Source of the DNA: Candidatus Latescibacterota bacterium
GTDB taxonomy: Bacteria; Latescibacterota; UBA2968; GCA-2709665
Reading direction: 5' to 3'
NCBI GenBank assembly: GCA_965208835.1
Contig: OZ242358.1
Span: 608,001-672,000, forward strand
DNA: 64,000 nucleotides
Position numbers and translations under genes: made by a program. The notes beneath the pieces were generated by a model. The model was not told the DNA's origin and did not search any database. It was given only the letters and a program-made list of their open reading frames with translations. Below are positions 18,701 through 25,917 of the stretch, piece by piece (the stretch's first letter is position 1; each line of letters opens with the position of its first letter).

Positions 18701-20181
18701 CTGGGTCGTGCGGGATAACAGGCTATGAGATTAGCAACGGGGATAACACGTATACCACGACTGGGACGAGTTTCTTTGTATCGGGATTGACCAACTGCAC
18801 CGAATATACGTTTTCGGTGCTTGCAAAGACGATGATTTCAAGGGGCGCATCCAAAAGCGTCACGGCTACACCCGGCGTAAGGCCCTCTAAGGTTACCGGC
18901 GCGTCGGTGACGTCTGTAGGTGACGGGTCGGTGACGCTGGGCTGGGACCAACATAGCGACGCCACCGTCAGAAGCTATAGGATCTCCTACCTTGTGGGCC
19001 TCATGGTCGACTCGAGTATCGCAAACGGTCGTACCACGACGAGTTACAGAGTGACAGGGTTGAGCAATTGCGTTCAGCACAATTTTCAGGTACATGCGAG
19101 AAACTGCAAAGGCTTGGGTGGCGGGTCGGATGCGTTATCGGGCACACCGGGCGTGAAGCCCGCCGCACCCACCGGACTACAGGTCACATCGGAGGGTGAT
19201 GGGTCGGTATCGTTGAGTTGGACCCAACATAGCGACACCACCGTCCGCGGGTATAGGATCATTTACGGCACCAGCGGCGCGTCGAGTGATACTGTAACCG
19301 TAACCGGCCGCGGCACGACCAGCCGCTCAGTGTCGGGATTGACCAACTGCAGCCTGTATACGTTCAAGGCGCTTGCGTACAACTGCAAAGGGGATGGAAC
19401 GTCGTCGGGCGGCGTGACGGCTACGCCACATGCGCCGATTTCCGTATCGTCCATTTCGAATAGGGTGGGGACGAAAGGCAAGGCTGTTTCAGGGTTCAGG
19501 GTAGGGGTGAGCGGCGGGTGTCCCCCGTACACCTATTCTCTTTCGTCCGACCCTTCGTCAGGGTCCAATCTCTCTATTTCGAGCGGCAGAATTTCCGGCA
19601 CACCAACCGCAACGGGGAGTTTCACGATTGACGTGGAAGTAGAGGACGGATTGGACAATTCCGGATCATCGTCGTTCACGTTTACTGTGGCGGATCCAGT
19701 CGTTATTGCCAGCATTTCGGATAAAACAGAAAGTGTGTCCGTGCCGTTCTCGGAACAGGTTTCGGTGTCCGGTGGACGTACGGCTTACAGTTATTCCGTT
19801 TCAGTTACGCCAACACTGCCGCAAGGATCGACGCTTACGATATCAAACAGCGGGCTGATTGAAGGGGAGATTACCGGCGCCGATACCTATTCCGTTACCG
19901 TCACCGTGAGCGACGCCGACAGCCGGACCGATACCGAAGAGTTCGACGTAACCGTCGGACTACCTGGCGATTTCAACGGCAATGGCAGGCGCGATGCAGC
20001 CGACGCAGAAATGCTCAACAAGAAATCCGGCCTGAGATCGTCGGATGCGGGGTATGACCGGAGGATGGACCTGAACGGAGACGGGGTCATCAATTTCGCG
20101 GATCTCGTCATTCTAAGTGGATATATACAAAAGGACGCGTCGTCGCAGAGCGATAGTGAGTCGAATGATGAATCCGAATGA
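12730..20181 (+). CDS. Giant secreted surface protein: signal peptide, 24 fibronectin type III domains, two Ig/cadherin-like (He_PIG-type) domains, C-terminal dockerin-like module
   Basis: SD GGAGGT 5 nt upstream. Hydrophobic leader ending ...APAHG. Repeats of V(T/S)LSW...GY...LTN(C/G)xEYTFEVxAxN. C-terminal GDFNGNGRRDAAD...DLNGDGVINFADL. Confidence 0.95.
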   Translation: MRLNLTVYTGTLLAIFGRLRRIPAGPGHRRILLTVLLLASAVAPAHGSNIPTNLVATLGAGGVSLSWSAPTGNASTVTGYQVLRRHLGTDAAGVFNEIGTTGARQTTYTDASVVGGASYVYRVKARRGDKLSGFSNFTRIEVPPEPSKPSGLRAAAGHQSVTLSWNNPNNGTITGYEYRYRTGGAWSEWTAIDPSDSKTTSHRVTGLVNGQSYTFEVRAQNPAGPGTSASVSMRPIGFAPTNLTVAIVAGSVTLSWGVPAADAEFVTGYQVLRRRPEVDGAGVFHAIATTGGSETTYVDGGVEGGEKYAYRVKALRGTDLSLWTKPVNIVAPSVPSAPGNLSAAVGDGSVTLSWDDPDDDEITGYQVRYTTTGTRLPEWNNVPGSDANTTSHTVNRLTNCTEYTFEVRARAGDITGASSSVTRKPGAAPSQVTGVSVTGRGDGTVSLSWNGLNDATVTGYRITYSGATSGTIDVAGRTTTTHDVTGLTNCSEYTFEVSATNSCGVGPSSSSVTGTPGVAPSQVTGVSVTDTGDGTVSLSWDGSADATVTGYKITYSGATSGTIDVAGGATTSHRVTDLTNCSEYTFEVLAVNCVGGGSPSSSVTGTPSAAPYRAKRVSVTGTGDGTVSLRWELSADATVTGYRITYSGATSGTIDLAGRTTKWHDVTGLTNCSEYTFKVLTVNCKGYGEPSVGVTGTPGVAPAQVTGVSVTGTGDGTVSLSWDGSADATVTGYKITYSGATSGTIDVAGGATTSHRVTDLTNCSEYTFEVLAVNCVGGGSPSSSVTGTPSAAPYRAKRVSVTGTGDGTVSLRWELSADATVTGYRITYSGATSGTIDLAGRTTKWHDVTGLTNCSEYTFKVLTVNCKGYGEPSVGVTGTPGVAPAQVTGVSVTGTGDGTVSLSWDSSDDAMVTGYEITYSGATSGTIDVAGRTTTTQDVTGLTNCSEYTFEVSARNSCDAGPSSSSVTGTPGVAPSQVTGVSVTGTGDGTVTLSWDSSDDASVTGYQILYSGATSDTIDVGSDATSHAVAGLTNCEDYTFEVLAINCKADGAPSSSVTGTPGAAPAQVTGVTVTGTADGTVSLSWDSSDDATVTGYKISYSGAASGTIVVAGGATTTQDVTGLTNCEEYTFEVLAVNCMGDGAASSSVTARLGNAPGAVTGLSGSEGDDGEVTLSWTNPSGATKNEIRYAPKGTTLPTTWTEIDAATSYEVTGLTNCTEYTFEVRAKNGCGNGGAASDDARPGSAPGAVTGLSGSEGDDGQVTLSWTNPSGATKNEIRYAPKGTTLPTTWTEIDAATSYEVTGLTNCTEYTFEVRAKNGCGNGGAASDDARPGSAPGAVTGLSGSEGDDGQVTLSWTNPSGTITNNQIRYAKAGTSLPSTWTSIGVKTSHTVEDLDNCDEYTFEVRAVNCDGNGGADSGDATPSSGSAPGSVTGLEATKGNGQVTLSWTNPSGTITNNQIRYAKAGTSLPSTWTSIGVKTSHTVEDLDNCDEYTFEVRAVNCDGNGGADSGDATPSSGSAPGSVTDLEATKGNGQVTLSWANPSGTITNNQIRYAKAGTSLPSTWTSIGVKTSHTVEDLDNCDEYTFEVRAVNCDGNGGADSGDATPSSGSAPGAVTGLSGSEGDDGQVTLSWTNPSGTITNNQIRFAKAGTSLPSTWTSIGVKTSHTVEDLDNCDEYTFEVRAVNCDGNGGADSDKATPSSGSPPGAVTNLTATAGNTQVELSWTNPSGTITHVHFRYAPKGTTRWSSWARTDAATRHTVTGLTNCTEYTFEVCAVNCDGPGAADSDDARPGSAPGAVTGLSATKGNGQVALSWTNPSGATKNVIRYAPKGTDDWSSTEFDAATNRTVGELANCTEYTFEVRAKNGCGTGGADSENATPVGVPGEVDDLKAAKGDEQVTLSWSAPSGSCGITGYEISVGDRTLTTTGTSITVDELTNCTEYTFSVLAKTMISSGASKSVTQTPVPVPGQVTNLSKAENDGKVTLSWGAPSGSCGITGYEISNGDNTYTTTGTSFFVSGLTNCTEYTFSVLAKTMISRGASKSVTATPGVRPSKVTGASVTSVGDGSVTLGWDQHSDATVRSYRISYLVGLMVDSSIANGRTTTSYRVTGLSNCVQHNFQVHARNCKGLGGGSDALSGTPGVKPAAPTGLQVTSEGDGSVSLSWTQHSDTTVRGYRIIYGTSGASSDTVTVTGRGTTSRSVSGLTNCSLYTFKALAYNCKGDGTSSGGVTATPHAPISVSSISNRVGTKGKAVSGFRVGVSGGCPPYTYSLSSDPSSGSNLSISSGRISGTPTATGSFTIDVEVEDGLDNSGSSSFTFTVADPVVIASISDKTESVSVPFSEQVSVSGGRTAYSYSVSVTPTLPQGSTLTISNSGLIEGEITGADTYSVTVTVSDADSRTDTEEFDVTVGLPGDFNGNGRRDAADAEMLNKKSGLRSSDAGYDRRMDLNGDGVINFADLVILSGYIQKDASSQSDSESNDESE
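14280..15440 (+). repeat. Near-exact 546-bp tandem duplication (two Fn3 domains) within the adhesin gene
   Basis: Identical 182-aa block repeated. Identical antisense ORFs at 14292-14594 and 14838-15140 are offset by 546 bp. Boundaries approximate. Confidence 0.9.
16190..17830 (+). repeat. Near-exact 270/276/279-bp single-domain tandem repeats within the adhesin gene
   Basis: GCGCCGGGTGCGGTGACGG recurs at 16192, 16462 and 16732. TITNNQIR-type domains recur four times at 276-279-bp spacing. Confidence 0.9.
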
Positions 20182-20356
20182 TCGACTGGGCCGACGGGTT
20201 CGATCATGGTGACAGTTTCACCATGATTCGACTCGCTCGTGGTAGACATAATTCATCGCCAAGGCCATTTGGATTCTCTGTTACTTTGGCATGGATTCAA
20301 CTGATCGCAGCATTCACGACGTCACCGCAGCGGTGACACCAGACGGGGAGGTATCT

Positions 20357-21166
20357 ATGAGTAACCGCATTATTTCAATAGCTTGTTCGGCGTCTGTTTT
20401 TATGGGTACGGCCTTCGCGGGAGAGATGACCACGGGCCTCGACGTCGGCGGAGGACTCAACGCTTCTGCAAAACTGACGCTGGAACGTGTGGACGATCGG
20501 GCCGCCGAGAAGGGAACTCTAAGAGTGCGCGTCTCTTTGTCTCAGGTCACGAACGTCAAGGGTTACGGCTTTTTGCTGCTATATGACCCGGCGAAGTGTG
20601 AGTTTGTAGAAGCCACGAAACTTGCGGACAATTTGCTGAAATCGGATGCCGGCGGGAAGCCGGTGTTCATGGCCTCAATCCCCACACCGGGCAAATTGGA
20701 AATCGGCGCGCTAAACGTCGACGATAAGGGCGTAAGCGGCAAGGGCGGCCTGGTGGATCTCGTCTTCAGGTTGAGCGAAACAACGTCGTCATCGGATTTT
20801 CATGTCTCTGAGAGCGTGCTGGTGGGTCTGGACGGTGCGGTCGAACCGTTAACGCACGTCGAGATCGGCGACCTCAGGCCGCTCCCCGATGCCTACGGTC
20901 TGGATCGGAACGCGCCGAATCCGTTCAATCCGTCCACGGTCATAGGTTTTCAGCTTCCCGAGGCCGGCAGGGTACGGCTGGTGATCTACAATCTGCTCGG
21001 CCAGCAAGTTCGTGAACTTGTAAACGAAAAAATGGAGGCAGGTTACTTCACGGCGACGTGGGATGGGACGGATGCACTGGGCCGGCGGGTTGCGAGTGGG
21101 GTCTATCTCTATCGGATACAGGCAGGGAACTTTTCGGCGGTACAGCGCATGTTGTTGCTGAAATAG
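20357..21166 (+). CDS. Secreted cohesin-like domain protein with FlgD-Ig/T9SS type-A C-terminal sorting domain
   Basis: SD GGAGGT before ATG 20357 and signal peptide ending AFA. Cohesin-like VKGYGFLLLYDPAKCEF...GKGGLVDLVF. CTD NAPNPFNPST...IYNLLGQQV...SGVYLYRI...RMLLLK. Confidence 0.85.
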   Translation: MSNRIISIACSASVFMGTAFAGEMTTGLDVGGGLNASAKLTLERVDDRAAEKGTLRVRVSLSQVTNVKGYGFLLLYDPAKCEFVEATKLADNLLKSDAGGKPVFMASIPTPGKLEIGALNVDDKGVSGKGGLVDLVFRLSETTSSSDFHVSESVLVGLDGAVEPLTHVEIGDLRPLPDAYGLDRNAPNPFNPSTVIGFQLPEAGRVRLVIYNLLGQQVRELVNEKMEAGYFTATWDGTDALGRRVASGVYLYRIQAGNFSAVQRMLLLK

Positions 21167-21420
21167 CCCGGTAGCAGCCATAACCTTCTGACAGGTGCGC
21201 CGGAGCGCATTCTTCGTCGCTCGGCAGGCGTTTTGACGATCCACAAACGTGTTGGAACATCGCCACAAAGGTGAGGTTTTCATTGATATACGAGAATGTT
21301 TGGATGAACCGGCACGGAAACGAGGCTGGAGGGCACATCGATGAGATGGAGGCGAGCCGCCTCTAAACAGAGAAAGAACAGCGTATTAGCGGTAGAGTCT
21401 AGACCTCCAATTGAGAACCA

Positions 21421-21455
21421 CGAAAGACCCCTCCCTGAACCGGAGGGGTCTTTCG
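21421..21455. terminator. Strong hairpin after the adhesin/cohesin unit
   Basis: Perfect 14-bp stem CGAAAGACCCCTCC/GGAGGGGTCTTTCG with a 7-nt loop. Confidence 0.65.
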
Positions 21456-21513
21456 CATGGCCGTCGGGAAACCTGACATCCGGAAAACTGAAATAAAACA
21501 CCTCTTTTTTCGC

Positions 21514-21543
21514 TTGACAAGATCCGATAGTTGGTGTTATCAT
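21514..21543 (+). promoter_or_regulatory. Putative sigma70 promoter with extended -10
   Basis: TTGACA at 21514-21519, 18-nt spacer ending TG-T, TATCAT at 21538-21543, A/T tracts upstream. Confidence 0.7.
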
Positions 21544-21832
21544 TGCTAATAGTATGCTGTAGATCGGTACCTGCTGCACAGGAGGTTATCAAAACGGCGT
21601 CTCAAGGGCTTTCTCTGTGGGAGGGGCACCGTCTTGCCGTATCTGTAATTATCGGCCCCCTGGGATTCGCGGACGCCCGTTCCAGTTGCCGCCGGACGGG
21701 CAATCGAAGTAACGTCGGGAACTTGCCGGGGAGTCGGTGACAGGTTGGCCAAAGTACTGCAAACGGACCGGGTTTTGCGAGAATGCCGGCGGCACGCTTA
21801 CGGCCTGATCCATCACTCAAGGAGGGCAGTCT

Positions 21833-22579
21833 ATGGGCACATGGAGGTATACGGCTGTTGCCGGGCTTCTGGTGGCGCTTCTCGCCCCGGATTCCGGCGC
21901 GCGGGAGTTCGACCGGATCGGCGGGCGGTTGCTGTTGGGCTACAACCTGCCCGTTTTGGGGCTTCGGAACAACTGGTACACCCAGGCAGTGCGTTGGGGC
22001 GGCAGCGTGGTTTACAACCGGAATGCCAACAACGCGCTCGAGTTCGAATATCACCGTTTACAATACAAAGACGGCAAGATTGAGAATCAGACGTTCACCT
22101 GGAACGAAGACTCGAAGGATTATGCAAGCCCACGCTCGGATGCCAGTATGCGGATCAACAGCGTGCTGTGCAACATGATTTTCCGACTCGGTGACAAGTC
22201 GCGGCTTTTCACTAACCAGGCGACTTCGCCCTACGTGGTAGCCGGCGGCGGATTTCACAGCTACAGCAATCGCGTGAGCGGCCTGATCTATCCCGGGCAG
22301 AAGGGCATCCCTGTCGCGGGCTCCGACCAGAACAGGCTGGATCCAGGCGTGGTTCTCGAACCGGTGGTGGAGAGCCGGTGGGCGCTGGGGGCCCATTTCG
22401 GGTTCGGCGTCGAGAGGTTCATGACCAACAACATTTCACTGGATTTCCGGGCTCAGCACAATTTCCTGGTAGGGACGCTCGGTCCGCGGGAGGCCTGGGG
22501 AATCAAGGGTGTGATGCCACTCCTGCAGATGCTGGACCTCGAGGTGGCCGTCAAATTCTACGAATCCGGAAGGAAGTAG
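21833..22579 (+). CDS. Outer-membrane beta-barrel protein (OmpA-like membrane domain)
   Basis: SD GGAGG, signal peptide, amphipathic strands, SPYVVAGGG, GAHFGFGVE and terminal VAVKFY. Confidence 0.75.
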   Translation: MGTWRYTAVAGLLVALLAPDSGAREFDRIGGRLLLGYNLPVLGLRNNWYTQAVRWGGSVVYNRNANNALEFEYHRLQYKDGKIENQTFTWNEDSKDYASPRSDASMRINSVLCNMIFRLGDKSRLFTNQATSPYVVAGGGFHSYSNRVSGLIYPGQKGIPVAGSDQNRLDPGVVLEPVVESRWALGAHFGFGVERFMTNNISLDFRAQHNFLVGTLGPREAWGIKGVMPLLQMLDLEVAVKFYESGRK

Positions 22580-22668
22580 AGCGCCTTGAACGCCCGGGAA
22601 AGGAGGAGTCGTATTCCGAATCGGGAGCGAAAGGCGATTTGTTAAACCATACAAACGGAGGTTCTGCA

Positions 22669-25600
22669 ATGAAGAAGTGCGTTTTGTTTTTCGGGATTCT
22701 TTCCCTCTGCACGGCGCTGGCGTTCAGCGGTAGCGCCTTTGCCGGAACGACGGGAAAGATCGTTGGAAGGGTCCTGGACAATCAGGGTGAACCGCTGCCC
22801 GGCGCCAACGTGGTCGTCGAGGGCCTGAACATCGGATCGACAGCCGATGCGGAGGGATTCTACGTGATTCTCCGCGCCGATCCGGGGCTGTATACGCTCA
22901 AGGCGTCTCTGATCGGTTACCAGGCCGAGTCGCAGACGGACGTGCGCGTGCAGGCGGACGTGACCACGGAGGTCGATTTCAGGCTCCAGGAGGCCGTACT
23001 CGAACTCGGTGAATTGGTTGTCAAGGCGGAACGTCCCCTGCTGGAAGTCGATAAGACTTCCAGTAAGTACATCGTGGGCGCCGATGAGATCGAGCAGCTT
23101 CCCATCGTGCGCACCACCAGCGAATTGATCACGCTGCAGCCGGGTGTGCACCTCGACGGCTCCGACCGCATGCGGGGCAGCAACCGGCCCGGAGAATGGC
23201 GGAGCCGCACGGGCGGGGACGTGGCCTATTACGTGGACGGCGTGAAAATCGTGAACAGCGACGGCGCCGGGTCTCACAACTGGAAGGCCATCAACCGGTC
23301 GATTGTCCAGGAAATATCCGTGGTTACGGGCGGGATGAACGCCGAATACGGCAACGCCCAGGCAGGCGTCATCAGCATCATCACGAAGGACGGGAGCCAG
23401 AACTTCCACGGATGGGCGGAGTATCGCAGGACGCCCCCGGGGCAGAAGCACTGGGGCGCGAACGTCTACGAAAGCCCGTCGCACCTCGACAAGATGAGAT
23501 GGGGCGAGGGCGAATGGGAGAACGAGCGGGACCCGGAAACGGGACGTCTCACCCACCAGCGCTCGGCCTACGATGAGATCACCGGCCACGAGGTGGAGGG
23601 GAATGTCTCGGGTCCGCTTTCCAGGAGCGCTTCGTTCATCGTTTCGGGCAAGACGGCACGGAATGCGCCCATCTATCCCTCGGGGACGGAGAGGGGCTAT
23701 TATGACGACATAGGACGGTTTGTCCCTTCTCTGAATAACTACCAGGGATCATACAGCGTCACCGTCCGCGCGTCCGAAAACGTAAAGATGAAGGTCGGCG
23801 GTCTGTTCGAGTACAATAAGAAGTTTATCGGAACCGAACGTGACTCATGGCGGAACGAGCGGAACGCGGGTACCTCCAGCGGCGTCATCCGCGGCTCAGG
23901 CAAGAACATATTCCTGCCGGTTGACTGGAGCGCGGCGGGCAAGATGAGCACGACCCACAATATGCAATACGTGGCCATCACCCATTCTCTCTCACCCAGG
24001 ACGTTCTACGACCTGCGGATATCGCGCTATTCAACCGTCGACGACACCAGCGAAATCGCGGCGAGAACGTCGGACGTGCGTACGGATGCGGACGGATGGT
24101 TCGCCGTGGACCGGGAGGTCCGGCATTACCAGGTTGCGGACCGGAAGCGGTACCAGGTCAAGCTGGATCTGGCCAGCCAGATCACGAAGGGGCATTTCGT
24201 GAAGGCCGGATTCGAATTCATCAAGTACAGCATGTTTCTTACACGCTATACCGGAGAGAGCGCACAGGCCAGGCGGCTGGAGTTCGCGGGCGCGCAGGGC
24301 GTGATCGGAGACCCTGTCAAGCCCCAGCACCTTGCCATTTACGCGCAGGACAAGATGGAGTTCGAAGGCATGGTAATCAATGCCGGCCTGCGCCTGGACC
24401 TGTTCGATCCGGTATCCAAGTTCCCTGCATCGGGCGCTTACGCGTTCTCGCCCATGTACAACTCGCCGCTGAGGTTTCAGAATGCGCCCCACCGCGAACC
24501 GGTGGTGTTCAAGAACCTGAGCCCGCGGGTGGGGGTATCGCATCCGATCACGGCGCGGTCGGCCATGCACTATTTCGCGGGTCTGTTCCTGGCCTATCCC
24601 GACATCTATTACCTGTTTAACGGGGACTGGCGGACGTCCGGTCCGGACCAGGACTGGAACGGGAACGGCGTGATCGACCCTGGTGAACAGTATAACGCGA
24701 TGCGGCCGTCATACCCGATCCGCAGCGGGCAGGGCACCACCGAAATCCGACCCGAGAAGACCGTTTCGATGGAGGTGGGCGTCGACTGGAACTTCGTGCA
24801 GGACTACACGGGCGCGATCGCGCTGTACTATAAGAGCGCGAAGGACCAGTACCATTACCATTCCGACGTCCGCTTCTTCGCCCCGCACAGACCGGGCTTC
24901 GTGCATCCCTACGCCCGGGTCCTGCACAACAACGGTTTCGAAGAGCAGCGGGGTCTGGAATTTTCCCTTCGGAAGCCGCTCAGCCACAACTTCGCCATCA
25001 ACCTTGCGTACAACATGACCTGGGCCCAGGCCGGATGGGGCAACTTCGACGCCTGGTTCAACTTCCTGTATCCGGACTCCCTCTACATCGCCAGCGGGAG
25101 ATACTGGTACGAGTACAGGGTGGAGAACGGCGTTGAGGTGCCGGTACCCCTCACCGTAGAGCAGATCCGGGAGATCGGGGCCACCGCCAACAGATATATC
25201 CGGAACAACGACCGGCGGGACGGCAATCCCGGAGGCAGGGGATACGAGCAGACCCGTATGACGGCCCGGGAGTACGGGCTCATCGGTCTGGACGACTTCG
25301 AACTGGACCACATCCACGTCTGGGCCAGGGGTTATCAGACCGGCCTGAACGCCGACGGCGGCAACATCCGCAACCAGGGCAGTGTGCAGTTCCTCTACCT
25401 CACGCCGGGGGACTACGGACCCGATTTCAAGGTGTTCGGAAGCAAGTTCCTTGCCAACTGGCGGGTCAACCTGCTCTGGCGCATGCAGAACACGGGTTCG
25501 TTCTGGTACACGCCGCCGAATTCCGGCCGCGAACGGAGGCTGCGTCCCATCCGCACCTGGACCGACGTCGCCATCGAGAAGCGCTTTCCGTTCGGTCATG

Positions 25601-25809
25601 GCCGCGGCGACGTCAGCCTCTTCCTGGAGGTGCGGAACCTGTTCAACCAGAAGGACGACAGTTCATTCAATACCACTGACTGGACCAACTGGGGCCTGCT
25701 GACGGCCCGTCCGGACAACTCTCACTTCCTCCTGTACGGGGATACGGCCGACCGGAGCTTCTACAGCCATCCCCGGCGCACGGAAATGGGTCTGAGAATA
25801 CAGTTCTGA
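22669..25809 (+). CDS. TonB-dependent receptor with N-terminal carboxypeptidase-regulatory-like domain
   Basis: SD GGAGG before ATG 22669. AGTTGKIVGRV...PLPGANV, plug YYVDGV...GGMNAEYGNAQAGVI, NAGLRLD, SPRVG, PEKT, RNLFN, terminal GLRIQF. Confidence 0.93.
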   Translation: MKKCVLFFGILSLCTALAFSGSAFAGTTGKIVGRVLDNQGEPLPGANVVVEGLNIGSTADAEGFYVILRADPGLYTLKASLIGYQAESQTDVRVQADVTTEVDFRLQEAVLELGELVVKAERPLLEVDKTSSKYIVGADEIEQLPIVRTTSELITLQPGVHLDGSDRMRGSNRPGEWRSRTGGDVAYYVDGVKIVNSDGAGSHNWKAINRSIVQEISVVTGGMNAEYGNAQAGVISIITKDGSQNFHGWAEYRRTPPGQKHWGANVYESPSHLDKMRWGEGEWENERDPETGRLTHQRSAYDEITGHEVEGNVSGPLSRSASFIVSGKTARNAPIYPSGTERGYYDDIGRFVPSLNNYQGSYSVTVRASENVKMKVGGLFEYNKKFIGTERDSWRNERNAGTSSGVIRGSGKNIFLPVDWSAAGKMSTTHNMQYVAITHSLSPRTFYDLRISRYSTVDDTSEIAARTSDVRTDADGWFAVDREVRHYQVADRKRYQVKLDLASQITKGHFVKAGFEFIKYSMFLTRYTGESAQARRLEFAGAQGVIGDPVKPQHLAIYAQDKMEFEGMVINAGLRLDLFDPVSKFPASGAYAFSPMYNSPLRFQNAPHREPVVFKNLSPRVGVSHPITARSAMHYFAGLFLAYPDIYYLFNGDWRTSGPDQDWNGNGVIDPGEQYNAMRPSYPIRSGQGTTEIRPEKTVSMEVGVDWNFVQDYTGAIALYYKSAKDQYHYHSDVRFFAPHRPGFVHPYARVLHNNGFEEQRGLEFSLRKPLSHNFAINLAYNMTWAQAGWGNFDAWFNFLYPDSLYIASGRYWYEYRVENGVEVPVPLTVEQIREIGATANRYIRNNDRRDGNPGGRGYEQTRMTAREYGLIGLDDFELDHIHVWARGYQTGLNADGGNIRNQGSVQFLYLTPGDYGPDFKVFGSKFLANWRVNLLWRMQNTGSFWYTPPNSGRERRLRPIRTWTDVAIEKRFPFGHGRGDVSLFLEVRNLFNQKDDSSFNTTDWTNWGLLTARPDNSHFLLYGDTADRSFYSHPRRTEMGLRIQF

Positions 25810-25836
25810 TCCATTCCGGAATTGAGTCTTCGAATG

Positions 25837-25875
25837 GGCGGGGGGGACCCAGAGGGTTACCCGGGTCCCCCCGCC
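25837..25875. other. GC-rich intergenic hairpin (mRNA stabiliser or partial terminator)
   Basis: GGCGGGGGGGACCC...GGGTCCCCCCGCC with a one-base bulge, between the receptor and cargo genes. Confidence 0.6.
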
Positions 25876-25917
25876 ACGCGATTCTTTCATTGACGATCTA
25901 TAAACGCTAAGGAGGAT

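Noticed and set aside
21167-21832. ncRNA or small gene in the long intergenic region
   Set aside because: Only one hairpin and a promoter are supportable. The short ORFs lack motifs, and no tRNA or known RNA pattern was recognised.
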